DNA of 64,000 bases from Octopus sinensis (GCF_006345805.1 NC_042999.1:85188001-85252000), one strand, 5' to 3'. Shown: positions 38,930-52,153, counted from the first letter of the stretch. Notes: generated by a model from the letters alone, not told the origin. Numbers and translations are program-made.

Positions 38930-40200
38930 AAAGAAGATTACAGCTCCGGGTATACATAGTTTATTTAAGATAAATAATTCAGTTATTCGAGGTAATTTAA
39001 TTTAATTATGATGCGATATTAAATCATGCTCTGAGATAAGGGGGAGGGTCAAGTGGAGGTAATTAGATGTTAGTCAGGTCAGCTAATAACCTGTAACAAT
39101 ATCGGTATTTAGAGAATAAGAAGTTATTGTTATGTAAGCATGTTACATTTTTCTGATCTCGTTTATTGAGTAATTACTTTGTGCCCATTAAAATGAAAAA
39201 TTTCTCATTTATTCATAAATAACAGCGATTATTTTAAAGCTCTTATGAAGATGTTTTGGCTAGGATACGCCATTCTAATCTGTAATTAATGTTATTATCT
39301 TTAAGTTCACAGATGTAACTACTTAATCCAGAAGAGTTAGCCTTATTTCTATTTCTGAATCTTGAAAGATGGGAATTATATCTTAGTTTCATTTCATTTT
39401 TAGTTGCTCCTATATAGGTTTTCTTGTAATTATTGGAGAATACATCACATTGATAGATTACATTTTAGCTTTACATTATTTAAGAATTCAGAAGTATTTT
39501 TATCTCTGCAACCACATGAATTAGTGAAATTATCTGTGCCTATGATATGGGAGGGGATTATCATTTATAAGGTGGTTGTCCGAAATATTAGAGGGTGAGT
39601 TATTTGGCGGGTAACTTATTATAAATAAAAAGCTTATTATAAATAAAAAGAATAACAATAAAATGCACAACAATTGGTTATTGTGCTTTTTATTGTTATT
39701 CTTCCTAGTTTCATAGGAGGAGTGTAGCCTTTTTATTGTTGATAGAATCTATAACAGTAGCTAGGTTGCTAGTCAGGCTATGGCCTACTCTAATTTCATT
39801 TCTTAAGATTTCTGAGTATTACGTATTCATATTGAAGTGCTTATTTATAAGTTTCATTATAGATTTTACTATGTAGGATTTTAGTTGCATCGCGAAAAGA
39901 ATTATTAGCCCGATATCATCCATATTCCGCTTGTTATTTCTAATAATTTTGTTTTTGGTGTAAAAACTGCCCTCAGTCTTGTTATAGATCGTTAATTTAT
40001 TGCTATAACTATTATTCTGTTTTCTTTTGTTAATTTTATTTTCTATTGTTATCAGGTTTGGTAGGGTTGTTCTTATTCGATTTATAATTTTATTTACCTT
40101 GGTATTATAATTAATAACATGGACTTTACTGGTTCTTTTAGGTATATTATTTTAATCTTTATTGTTATAACAGTAATAACAGCAACAAAAATTACCACGA
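38930..40200 (-). mobile_element. Highly degenerate Penelope-like remnant
   Basis: Minus strand at ~39378-39427 reads KKTYIGATKNEMKLR (GIY-YIG); HPPN-like segment at ~39600. Boundaries approximate. Confidence 0.55.
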
Positions 40201-40647
40201 TTACAACACCGTGGACGAACAGACATACATAGAGGAATATAGGAACTGTACCATTTTTTTCTCGGTCTCACAGCAGAAGCAGCACAATGGGGTGAGTGGT
40301 TAGTGCTGCTAGAAACTAAGACACACACAAAAATACACACACATATACACACACACGCATGCATGCACGCACACACACGCACACACATACACACACTATC
40401 AAGGACACAGACGCATGCGCACTTAAGGATACACATCTTAGAAGAACAGAATAGAGTAAGCGGAGTTGTATGACGAAAGATTTTCGGAAAATGGACAGGC
40501 GTTAAAATAATAAAATAACAATAATAGACGAATGAAGAAAAAATATATAGTGTTTATTTGGCGAGAAAAAAACTAAACATGACCATCCCGAAATATAACA
40601 TCTGTTTGAACATACTATTTCACATAAGGAATGTTGTAAAACGAATT

Positions 40648-40690
<43 letters not shown>

Positions 40691-41374
40691 TATATATATA
40701 TTATAATAATATATATATATATATATATTATTCAAAAGGAATTCCAACTCTTTTATGTTTATTTATATTCTTTATAATGTTAATGTAGAATATAGAATAT
40801 ATAGTATAAATAGTATATATAGTAAAATGAAATGAAGTATTGATTTTCTTACTGAATAGATTATGAATAGATTCTTAAACACCAAATAAGATTAATTTAA
40901 TCATCGTTTCTTAAGCTTGTTAAAATCTTATCCCTATAACTAAAACACAAAAAATCTCTAAAAAGTACTGCTGTCATCATTTCTAAAAATAATCACTGAA
41001 AAATGGTTTGGCATCATTTCTCAAAACAGCCAAGCAACTACTGCTGCTGTCCACAGGAACATATATAAAGGACAAAAGACAGCCAGCCAACTACAGTTGA
41101 AACATTCCTGTCACATCCTGGGATCTTGAAGACTGCTTTAATGCAAGAAAGTATACTAGTCCCTTAACATTTGATATTCAATATTTCATCTATTCAATAA
41201 GACAATCAATACTTCATTTCAATTTACTATATATACTATTTATACTATATATTCTATATTCTACATTAATATCATAAAGAATATCAATAAAACATAAAAA
41301 CTGACAGAGTTGGAATTCCTTTGAATAATATATATCACTCTATACACGATCAAACAAACCTCTTTATATATATA

Positions 41375-41417
<43 letters not shown>

Positions 41418-41423
41418 ACACAC

Positions 41424-41476
<53 letters not shown>

Positions 41477-41668
41477 TTTCTCATCTATATAATTACTTGC
41501 TTTTCCACGTAATCACATACTAACACACATTAACATGCATATATTACCTTCATATGTACTTGCTATATATTTGAAGCGGAGGTGATTGTGGTGAGCTGAA
41601 GAAAAAGCTGCTGACCATATATCATTTACTTCTGAGTTAATATATTAACAATTCTTGCGAAATTTCAG

Positions 41669-41976
41669 GTGAACAAGGAAGCATTGACAGTGCCGCTGAA
41701 GGATTACAAAGGATTTACTGTTACTTTTTCTGGCGGATGGGTTACAGTTACTACAAAGTTTGGACTGAAAGTGAAATTTGATGGAAACCATCGTGTTTAT
41801 ATTTATGTAAGCAGTAAATACAGAGGTCAGCTGACAGGACTGTGTGGTGACTGCAATAGCAAGCGAGACGACTTTCGTACGAAGGAAGGTGTTGATGTAT
41901 CGGGAAAAGCAAATAAATACTCCCTCATTGGCAAGAGCTATCAAGTGCCTGACGATAGTGACAAACCAGAAAAAGT
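41669..41976 (+). CDS. VWD domain exon b (VNKEALTVPLKDYKG...GLKVKFDGNHRVYIYV...GLCGDCNSKRDDFRT...)
   Basis: TTTCAG acceptor in phase 0 matching exon a; GLCG motif. A GTTAGT donor at 41977 gives phase 2, matching the next exon; exact donor inferred from phase. Confidence 0.9.
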
Positions 41977-42199
41977 GTTAGTATTACGTTTTATTACTTC
42001 ACGTTTTGTTCGTTTTGTTCGTAAGACATAAGATATCGTCTTATATGGTGCTGTACGAATCTTGTAAAAAATACATAAATATATAAATACATTAATACAT
42101 GCATAAAATCATGCACTCCCCCACATATATATTGATAAAAACGGTAAGATAACAAAAGAAAGAAAGAGACCTCGATATTATGTAAATAGAGGAATTTAT

Positions 42200-42554
<355 letters not shown>

Positions 42555-42557
42555 CAT

Positions 42558-42588
<31 letters not shown>

Positions 42589-42616
42589 CATACACACACA
42601 CATATATATATATATA

Positions 42617-42942
42617 TGCATATTATACAGAATGAGATAACAAAGACAAGCCTTATGGAGTTTTCAGGACATTTATGATGAAATAATCTTACAGGTGTTT
42701 CTGGGATATTATGGATTTCCCTTCATCAGAGACGGCATGAGAAAATATCTGAGTTAGAATTAGTGTGGAAGAAAAGTAGATTGGGAATATAATTCGAACT
42801 CAAATATTTTCTCACACCGTCTCTGATGAAGGGATATATATAATATCACAGAAACATCTGGATGACTATTTCATCATAAATGTCATGAAAACTCTTCACA
42901 GCCCTGGCTTTTTTATCTCATTCTGTATAATATATATGCATG
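42617..42942. mobile_element. Imperfect fold-back (~130-bp arms) with hammerhead-like motifs in both arms
   Basis: - motif 42686-42733 (GTCT-CTGATGA-AGGGA..TCCCA-GAAA-CACCTGT-A-AGAT); + motif 42819-42866 with a degenerate cleavage triplet. Confidence 0.7.
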
Positions 42943-43139
42943 CTAATACAAGACCCACATTAGACTCCTCACTCGTATCACTATGAAACCAAGAGATTAA
43001 CTACGGTCTATCCATAGCACTTACTTAGCGTAACCCTCTACTCTGTGGATCTTCTAGATACAAATACCTCTTATATATATTATATATATATATATATAAT
43101 ATATATATATATTATATATATATATATATAAATATATCC

Positions 43140-46100
43140 TCAAAAATAAGCAACAAGAATGAATCCGGTAATTTAGTACAATTGTTTCATTTTATTAAAA
43201 GCTGTAAATATTACAGCAGATTTAATATGTCGAGTAATCTTCAGCTAATTTCATATAGGTTTTCCAACAATATAAAGTTCTCAAATCAATTAGTAACATC
43301 TTAGGGAAGGTAAACATACAGATAAAGATGTAGATATGAATCTCAGGAACATGAGGTAGTGTAGTTAGGATGCCAACCAGACTAGAACTAAGTTCACAAC
43401 TAACTGTTGCAAGAAAATTTCCTTAGTTATAAGAATGGGGTTAAGGGCAGGTTAAGAAATCAAGTTAGTTGAAGAAAAGAAGGGGAAAAATTCAGATGTA
43501 AAAGACAAACAGATTGTCACTAGAACAAAGGGTCAATCTATTTATGTGGTGACAGAAGATTTAGGTCAGTGTAGAAGAAACACTAAATTCTTAGGAGACT
43601 GTGAAGTAGGAGGTCAGCTACTAAGCTGACCAGACCTTACTTTCAACTGAAAGCCATCAGAAATTTTAGTAGGAATTTAGGTAAGGGGATATAAAAGAAA
43701 GCTGTAAAAGGGGTTTAAGTTAGTTGCAGAGAAAATACATTAAGGGAAATCAAGGTTATCACTAGAACAGAAAGCTATTTATTTTTATGTGGTGAGAAAA
43801 AATCTAGGTCAAAGTCCAGAGGTCAATTAAATTCTTTTAGAAAGGGTAGGGGAACAAAACCTCATCTACTTTATAGTAGTTATCGAATTTTATAACTTGG
43901 GGAATAGTATTAAATGTTAAAATTAGAATAGAATTGGGAAAATATGCAATTTCATGATTAAAGTAAGGTTAATTTAGTTGACTATAAAAGTAAAATTAGA
44001 GGTTGGTATAGTATATCTCATATTATTATTATTATATTAAAAAGATACAGTTAGAAAAAGTAGGAAAACCTTAAAATTTCTATTTAAAATATTTGAAAGT
44101 TCTAATTGTTGAATGAATGCAAGACTAACCTAACTCTAGACGATTATTTAGTAGATTTTTATTACTTCGATACTTAAAAATTTTATAGGTTTCCATAGAA
44201 CAGAGTTGGCAGCCTACTCTATTATTTCTATAAGGTTTTGCCCTCCTAACTATATCCCATTTTAGGTTGTATTCTATATTATTAGTTTTAAGTTCCCAAA
44301 TTTTGCTAGATAGTGTAGTGCAACCTGCCTTATGTTTCAAACGGAAAGAGGAGAGATGATTGTTAAGACGTTGTTTAAAATTAACAGAAAAACCAAGATA
44401 AAAGAATTTACCGTTAGAAGTTAATATAGTGCATTTATAAATTACATTTTGGGCCGAACAACGACTAGATGCCGGACAATTTGATCTAATGCTACAATTG
44501 CAACTGGGAGGATACTTTTCAGATTTAGAATTATTTAAGGATAGTTCTCTCACATTACTGTTATTTATAATGTTATTAGTAATATTATTAGTATTATTTT
44601 CATTATTAGTGGTCATGTTATTATCTAAAATGGGGTTACTATTTATTGATCATTTACACTATCATTCCCATCTAACATACCAATACCTATACTACCTACA
44701 TTACTGGTATTGCTATTATCATTATTTGTATTTATATCAATGTTGCTATTATTGTTATTAATATTATTGCTATCATCATTTTTAGTATTATTTTTATTAT
44801 CCCTATTATTACCATTATAATTATTTTATTAATATTATTGTTATTATTATTATTATTATTGTTGTTATCATTGCGATAATGATTATTATTGTTATTTCTA
44901 TTTTTGATGCTGTTATTACAATTATTATTATCCATGTTGATACTAATCGTTCTACTCCTGGCTAACTTAATGTTTTTACTATTAAGTCTAGCTATTATGG
45001 TAGACATATTTGTGAGGGTGAATATGAAATCCTAACTGTCTCTTAGAAATTATTTATGATATTTATGGGAGGCTGGGAATTTTTTCTAGTATAGATTTAA
45101 ATTTACTGTACACATTCGACAAGATCGCACAATTAAAGGGAATATTTAGCCAAATGATATTTTCTCTTTTATATTTTTTGTTTAAGTATGAGTTGGGGTG
45201 AGATGCATTATTACCATTCTTACGAGAATTATTATTCGTTTTACTTCTATTTGCATGTTTATTAGATTTATCTAAATTAGTTTTTTCAAAGTTACTTATG
45301 ATCTGGTCAATATTTTTACTCATATAATTTGGTTTATACACTAGATTTTTCCTCACCATAAATCTATTTTTATGTAGGGTATGATAGCTATTATTGTTTA
45401 CGTTATTTATATTCGCTTCATTGTTCGGAAGATACAAGCTATCCTTATCGAGAAAGGTAATTTCTTGATCATATCCTGCTTTAGATAATGCGGTATTGTA
45501 ATGGTTAGAGTGAGAGTTAAATATATCACTATTACATGACAATTTAGAAATTCTTAGGGAAATATTTTTAACTAATGATTTTATTATATTAGGGGGATGA
45601 TTAGCTAACTTATTTACATATCTAGTGATTTCGCCTTCCTTTCTAAATGGATAATGTAGTTTTGAATTAAGGTTTAAGGTGACATCTAGGAAATTAACTA
45701 TCTTAGTGCCAGGTTCGTAAGTAATGCTAAGGTTAAAATCTTTAAAGAATTTATTAATTTTCTTTTTAATCCTTTCAATGCTTGATTTACTATTGCTAGG
45801 TACAACGAACAGAGCATCATCCCTATACAGACCACCTTGTAACTCAGGGATCTCCTTGTTTATGCATTTTAATAAGTATGCCCCTACTAGATTCGTTATC
45901 TCAGCTGAATCGCTAGAGCCCATAGGTATATCAAAATTATTAGGGGTATCCGCCCTAGTCCATAATTTACCTTTAAATTCAATGATAGTTTTTCTAGCTA
46001 AGAGGATTATGTCAATTTCTTCTCTAGATATAAGAGAGCGATTCATAGCAAAAATAAGCGATTTATTTAGTAAAATTGGGGATATACTAGAATAATGATT

Positions 46101-47112
46101 ATTGATATCAAATTGGATAAAAGAGATTCTATTAGTGTTATCTAGAGAATTAAACCAATCTATTACTTCATCTGTATTAAACCATAGACTTAAGGGAAAA
46201 TTAGGAGTTATTTGGGGTAGAATATTGTCCAAGATAGATTTACTAAGTCGACCAATGTCCGACTTAGTTGGACATATGAGACTTACCGAAGGGTTTTCTA
46301 AGACATTTTTCTTATGATCCTTAAGATTGATCCTGGGTTCACAAGGTATAAGAGGCTCCGTTCTGTCAATCAAATTGTAATTTTCCATAACTTTTTTGAT
46401 TTCTAGATTAATTTTTTCAAATTATTCTTGGTTGTTATTTTATACCTTAAGTTAAGCTCCTTCTTAATGAGTCTGCTGTAAAGCGTATAATCCAATCTAT
46501 AAAGATATCCTGTTTTGTCTGCTGGGACTAAGATGCCTTGTTTATTCCGAATCGAATTAATAAAATCCTTAAGATATTTAAGGTGTGGATTGTATCTCAG
46601 TGGATGCTCCTTAAATTTTATATTCGCGATAAGGTCCAGTAGATCTTTTTCAAAGTTTTCAAGAAGTGGGTTCGGAGGTGGGCTCTTTCTGCTTCTAAAA
46701 ATCCTTTTGTAGTTCTTATCCATATGTGCTGATTGAGGGTCCTTATTCTGTTTAATATCGTAGTGGTAGGTAATCCATCTAATTCTTCTGATAAATTCGT
46801 TGGTTCTGTGGATCAGTAGCCAAATATATTCATCCTTACTATGTAAGGGGATATCTTTAAGGGAAACTCTATATTTACCTTTTCCATTCTTGTTGAGAAG
46901 TTAAGTACCAGAAATCATACACAATGTATGGAATTATAAGTTCAGCAAACAATTAAGATTCAAATGAATATGGTACTTAATTTAGATGCACCAGAATTTT
47001 TTTATGGTATTACCCATAAAAATATGCGGGGTGATTATAATAAAAAATAAGCAACAAGAATGAATCCGGTAATTTTGTACAATTGTTTCATACTACAACA
47101 TTTTATCAAAAG

Positions 47113-47115
<3 letters not shown>
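43140..47115 (-). mobile_element. Penelope-like element 2 (RT and GIY-YIG) with partial-tandem direct terminal repeat
   Basis: RT ORF 45063-46388 (QFDINNHYSSI, IPMGSSDSAEI, GLYRDD, VNFLDVTLNL, HPPNI); GIY-YIG ORF 44125-44616 (VIYKC...FYLG...FKQRLNNH); 43140-43205 repeated at 47040-47115. Confidence 0.92.
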
Positions 47116-47156
<41 letters not shown>

Positions 47157-47597
47157 TATATATGTATACATTCAAATATGTATAAATATATGTATATAAA
47201 GGGTAAAAATTATGAAAATAATCATTTATACCATTGACTAGCTTGCGTAAAAAATATCAGTAGACATAAATATTTTTACAATATATATGAGAGCATAAAA
47301 TTTATACACGGAGGGAAGATCACCATGTGGTTTTCTTACATGTTGAAAAGGAATTCAAATTACCAAATCACGAAAGAACATTCTTATTTAGAGTGCTTTT
47401 ATTGGGAGCGAGCAGGACAATTTAAAAGAAATAAAAATATCAGTTTAGGTCCGAGGTTTCTCTATTAATGATTAAATAAATCAATTAATGAATCAACCAT
47501 CACTGGATCTTTGGCAGAATCGTTGTGACTCATAATTATAAAACTGTAATACCTATATATATATCTATAATATATATATATATATTAATATTATATA

Positions 47598-47666
<69 letters not shown>

Positions 47667-47971
47667 ATATTGAAGTCTAGACTTAGTCCGGATACAGATG
47701 ACTACGTACATATATCCTTACATACATACATACAAAATATATATAAACGCTGGAAGGACATCTGCACATCCAAATATCTTTACATCTCTGGTACTTATTC
47801 CATCAATGTTTTTTGCTGAGCCGTGAAGTTGGAATGACCTAAACAATCTAAACAGATCGTCAACTGTCAGAACAAACTGACACCTTCGCTCATGAAATCC
47901 ATGCGTTCGTGTGCGTGTTTATATATATACATATATACATACATAGACACACACACACACACATATATATA

Positions 47972-49161
47972 TCTTTATATATATAAAACTGAGAATGTGT
48001 GTCTGCCTGTCTGTTTGTCTGTCTGTCTGTGTGTTTCCCTAAAACTTGAGAACTACACAACCAATTTCATTCAAATTTTACACGTGCCTTACTTAGGATC
48101 CGGGGAGTGTCATCGGCAAAAATTTTTGAACTTTTTGCCTAGGGCGAGCCCACAGAAATATCATATCTTCTCCACTACGATTCCCTAAAACTTGAGAACT
48201 ACACAACCAATTCCATTCAAATTTTACACATGCCTTACGTAGGGTCCATGTAGTTTTATGGGCAAAAAATGTTCAACTTCTTGCCTAGAACGAGCCCATA
48301 GCAATATCATATCTTCTCCACTATTTCAGTATTACGTGTTAAAAGTGAAACAAAAACGTTTCTCTATTTTATGTCAGATACTTTCACTTTAACAATAAAA
48401 ATAATAATAACAATTGAATTATATGTAGAAAGTAATAATTAAAATGAAACTAAAGTATAATATAAGCGTAACATAACAAAAGTAAAAATAGCAATTGGTA
48501 AAAAATTGCATCAATGATTTGAACTTGAATAAGTGGTTTCACATGAATGGGAATAAATTAAAAATAAAATTAGCGTGCAGATATGGAATAGTCCAGATGG
48601 ATAATAAAAAATTAAATTAAAGAAAAGACTATTGTCTATAAAGTATACAATGTAGAGAAAAAAGATGTGAACACATGGAGGAAAGCACATTGGAAAAGTG
48701 TCTTGGTGCGACTATGAAAGGTATCTAATCAGAGGCGGTAAATTCGCCACAATAGAAGCAAGGTTCGAGTCAACGGAGCATGCAAGGGAGTACTCGACTC
48801 GAACTTGCAAAGTGGAAATATTTTATTTTTACTTTTATATCTGGGACATAGGACGTCTCGGAAAAAATTTAAAATTCCCCCCCCGCCCCGAAGTATAGGT
48901 AGGCTGGATTGTAGCCACACTTCTATACAAGAGGGAGGGCAAGATACAATTGATCGAAATTACAAGAGACGGGCTAACAATTCCAGTCTGTTATATATTT
49001 TGAGTATTGTTATCACTAGCGATATCAAGATATAACTTTGTGTTTTGTATTTTATGTATAGATGTATATATATAGATGTACATGTAATATGTACACATAT
49101 ATATACACATATATACATGCACTAGCACTATGACCCGGCATCGACGGGTCTTTAATGCTAG
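47972..49161 (+). mobile_element. Non-autonomous Helitron
   Basis: A|TC 5' start (TCTTTATATATATAAAACTG), internal (CTGT)n and a ~146-bp tandem duplication (48036/48182). 3' hairpin GACCCG-GCATCGA-CGGGTC then CTAG|T at 49158-49162. Confidence 0.7.
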
Positions 49162-49402
49162 TATATATATATATATATATATATGAATTCATTCAGCCAT
49201 GTTCCCCGATTAAATTTGTGTGGAAGTCAGAGAACACAACTTTTGTCATGAGTCAGTATTACACTTATCTTCCGCAATTAATACTTTTACCTATCATTTA
49301 AATTGTAGCACTCTTTCTCTTCATCAAAATGTTATGTTAACACGATAGATAGCTCATTAATGAAAAGGTAATGAATTTTCCTCCCTATTATTTTGATTGT
49401 AG

Positions 49403-49677
49403 ATGCAATGTCACAGATATCACTACCGATTGCGATCCAATATTAACTAGTGTTTGTGAACTTATGACAAACGAGAATGGTATTTTTGGACAATGTGTGA
49501 AGAGCTTAAGAAAGGAAGTAGCCAGACAATATTTGGACTCTTGCAAGATTGATGTTTGCGCTTATAGTATGACAGCTAGGTATAAAAGGAGTGCCATTTG
49601 CCAAAGTTTCGAAAGTTTTATCAAGGAATGTGAAGCAAAAGATGTTTTAGTTAACTGGAGAGGAGTTTTGGGATGCC
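49403..49677 (+). CDS. C8 domain exon (CNVTDITTDCDPILTSVC...YLDSCKIDVC...ICQSFESFIKEC...NWRGVLGC)
   Basis: TGTAG acceptor, C|GTGAGT donor, 275 nt, phase 2-1; C8-type cysteine pattern and terminal NWR..GC. Confidence 0.9.
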
Positions 49678-50053
49678 GTGAGTAGATGTTTTATTTGATA
49701 TGAAACGCTTGCAATTTGTTTTCTAATTTGTGCCGTTTTTCTCTCACTCTGTATAGTTCTGGTATTGCATTTGCAGCTTTTATGTTTCCTTAATCATTTC
49801 AAATATTTCAGCACGGTTAGGACACCACTAACCTACAAATATTGCTATATTTTGAATCATTGTTCAAAGATTCGCCTCCTACATATGTAATAAAATAGTA
49901 GAAAACCAGCATCATGACAATTAATTATGGTCACATTGATAAATTTGCAACGCCTTCTTTTTCACGTCCGTATCCCCGACTGCTTCAGTTAAATCTTTGC
50001 CATTATCATTATTATCCTTAATATTATGAACGATATGTATTTTCATTATTTAG

Positions 50054-50253
50054 AGTTGGATTGTAGTACATGGGCGAACACGATATACAAATTTAATGTT
50101 TCTAACAACCAACCAACTTGCACGAACAGAAATCCCACACCGACCGCTTATCTTACTGATGGATGTATATGCAAAGGAAACTATGTTCTCAGTGGAGAGG
50201 AATGTGTACCAATATCACAATGTGGTTGTATGTATGGCGGGATGTATCTAAAG
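50054..50253 (+). CDS. TIL-like domain exon with reduced cysteine set
   Basis: TTTAG acceptor, AAG|GTTAGT donor, 200 nt, phase 1-0. Reads LDCSTWANTIY...PTC...DGCICKGNYVLSGEECVPISQCGCMYGGMYLK. Confidence 0.88.
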
Positions 50254-50414
50254 GTTAGTTCAATAACTTTTGTGTAAAAGTTCCAAAAGAATAGTTAATT
50301 ATGTATACACACATACTTCACGTCACACATACACAGGCGAACACACAGGTACATACATATACATATGCACAAGTACATATGTTTATGCATAAATATGTTT
50401 ACATACACATACAC

Positions 50415-50470
<56 letters not shown>

Positions 50471-50471
<1 letters not shown>

Positions 50472-51082
50472 ATTAAACAATTTAGGAATGGCCTTAATAG
50501 GCCATTCGTCCACTAGAAAGAGCAGCCATAACTCAAACCGCTAAGTAGTAATTCAGAAATTAGGTGAAAATTTAAAAACGTTTACCCTAATTCATCTTTA
50601 AGAGACACATATACACGAGGCGTCTGTATCGATGCCTTCGGAATATCTGTCTTAAAATTTTCAAGACCATCGTATTCGCGCCAACTTATCAGCAGTAAAT
50701 ATAAACTGCCGATTCAATCTCAGAATTAGTCAGAAAATTATCAATTAATCAATTTAGGGTAGCAAAAAATTCAATAGAAATTTATCGCTACCAGCGGTCT
50801 AGTGGGAAAGAGAAAATAGTCAAAGACTAAATATATAAAATTTTATATATATATTTGTCTCTTAAAGATGAATTAGGGTAAACGTTTTTAAATTTTCACC
50901 TAATTTCTGAATTACTACTTAGCGGTTTGAGTTATGGCTGCTCTTTCTAGTGGACGAATGGCCTATTAAGGCCATTCCTAAATTGTTTAATTTTATATAT
51001 TTAGTCTTTGACTATTTTCTCTTTCCCACTAGACCGCTGGTAGCGATAAATTTCTATTGAATTTTTTGCTACCCGAAATTGA

Positions 51083-51087
<5 letters not shown>
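50471..51087. mobile_element. Second copy of the 5020-5893 family with interleaved inverted repeats A-B-A'-B'; ribozyme segment absent
   Basis: 50471-50610 is the reverse complement of 50851-50992; 50750-50842 is the reverse complement of 50993-51087; shares many blocks with 5020-5893. Confidence 0.8.
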
Positions 51088-51143
<56 letters not shown>

Positions 51144-51144
51144 T

Positions 51145-51368
51145 CATGCGGTCACATTCAAAATGTGACCGCTTGTGTACCGTTGGCGATTTTTCCTCCT
51201 CTTCCCTTCCTTGAACCTTTCCTTTTCCTATGTTTCTGACGAAGAGCTCCGCTCGAAACGTTAAATCTTCTTAAATTCTTTCCTTTCCTGAGCGTCCAAT
51301 AACATTATACTTGTTCCACGTCCCCGCGTTGTTGTGTTTTCTCTTTGTGTTTTCATGTTTGGATTAAC

Positions 51369-51370
<2 letters not shown>
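51145..51370 (+). mobile_element. Short non-coding repeat with a minimal hammerhead motif; degenerate paralogue at ~53030-53210
   Basis: 5' hairpin GCGGTCACATT-CAA-AATGTGACCGC; GTTT-CTGACGA-A-GAGC-TCC-GCTC-GAAA-CGT-T-AAAT (51232-51266); flanked by (TA)n. Confidence 0.75.
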
Positions 51371-51434
<64 letters not shown>

Positions 51435-51579
51435 ATAAGTCTCTATAGATATGTGTATACACACACACACACACATATGTATATATATACATATACATAC
51501 GCACACATATATATCTTAACACAAATATATCAATATATATATGTTGATATATATATATACATACGTACATATAAATATA

Positions 51580-51653
<74 letters not shown>

Positions 51654-52039
51654 TATGTCTATTAATAGTAGATAGAGACATATATTGATACATACATTGA
51701 TACGTACACATATGCACGCACACAGACACCCATGGTTCGGCCCACCCTGGGTATCGTTTCGTATTCTGGCGTCAAGCAGATGAGATTCTTTACCAGAAGG
51801 ACTACAGTTATTCAAGGATCAACATGAATTTGCAGATGTATTGCTAAATATATGCAATTGTCTTCTCCCCAAGATAAGATTATGTCATACTATTATAGTT
51901 TTTTCATTGATACAGTACGTCTGAGTAAGTATTTATTGTATGGTTACCGATGCAATGTCATTATTCTTAAGTCTTTCACGACCATGGCTACTTTTATTGT
52001 ATATGTCTAAAATAACAATATGTGTAACAGATATTGGTT

Positions 52040-52153
52040 CAAAACTTGCCAGGAGACTAGCAGTTTCGGGGAAGGGTGAAAAAGGTTCCATCCACCCCAC
52101 GAAATACCATTAAGCATTTTATCTGGCGAATGATTACTCTGCCAGCTCACCAC
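52040..52153 (-). mobile_element. Deleted remnant of SINE family 1
   Basis: CGAAATACCATTAAGCATTT...CTCTGCCAGCTCACCACC head match. Confidence 0.55.
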
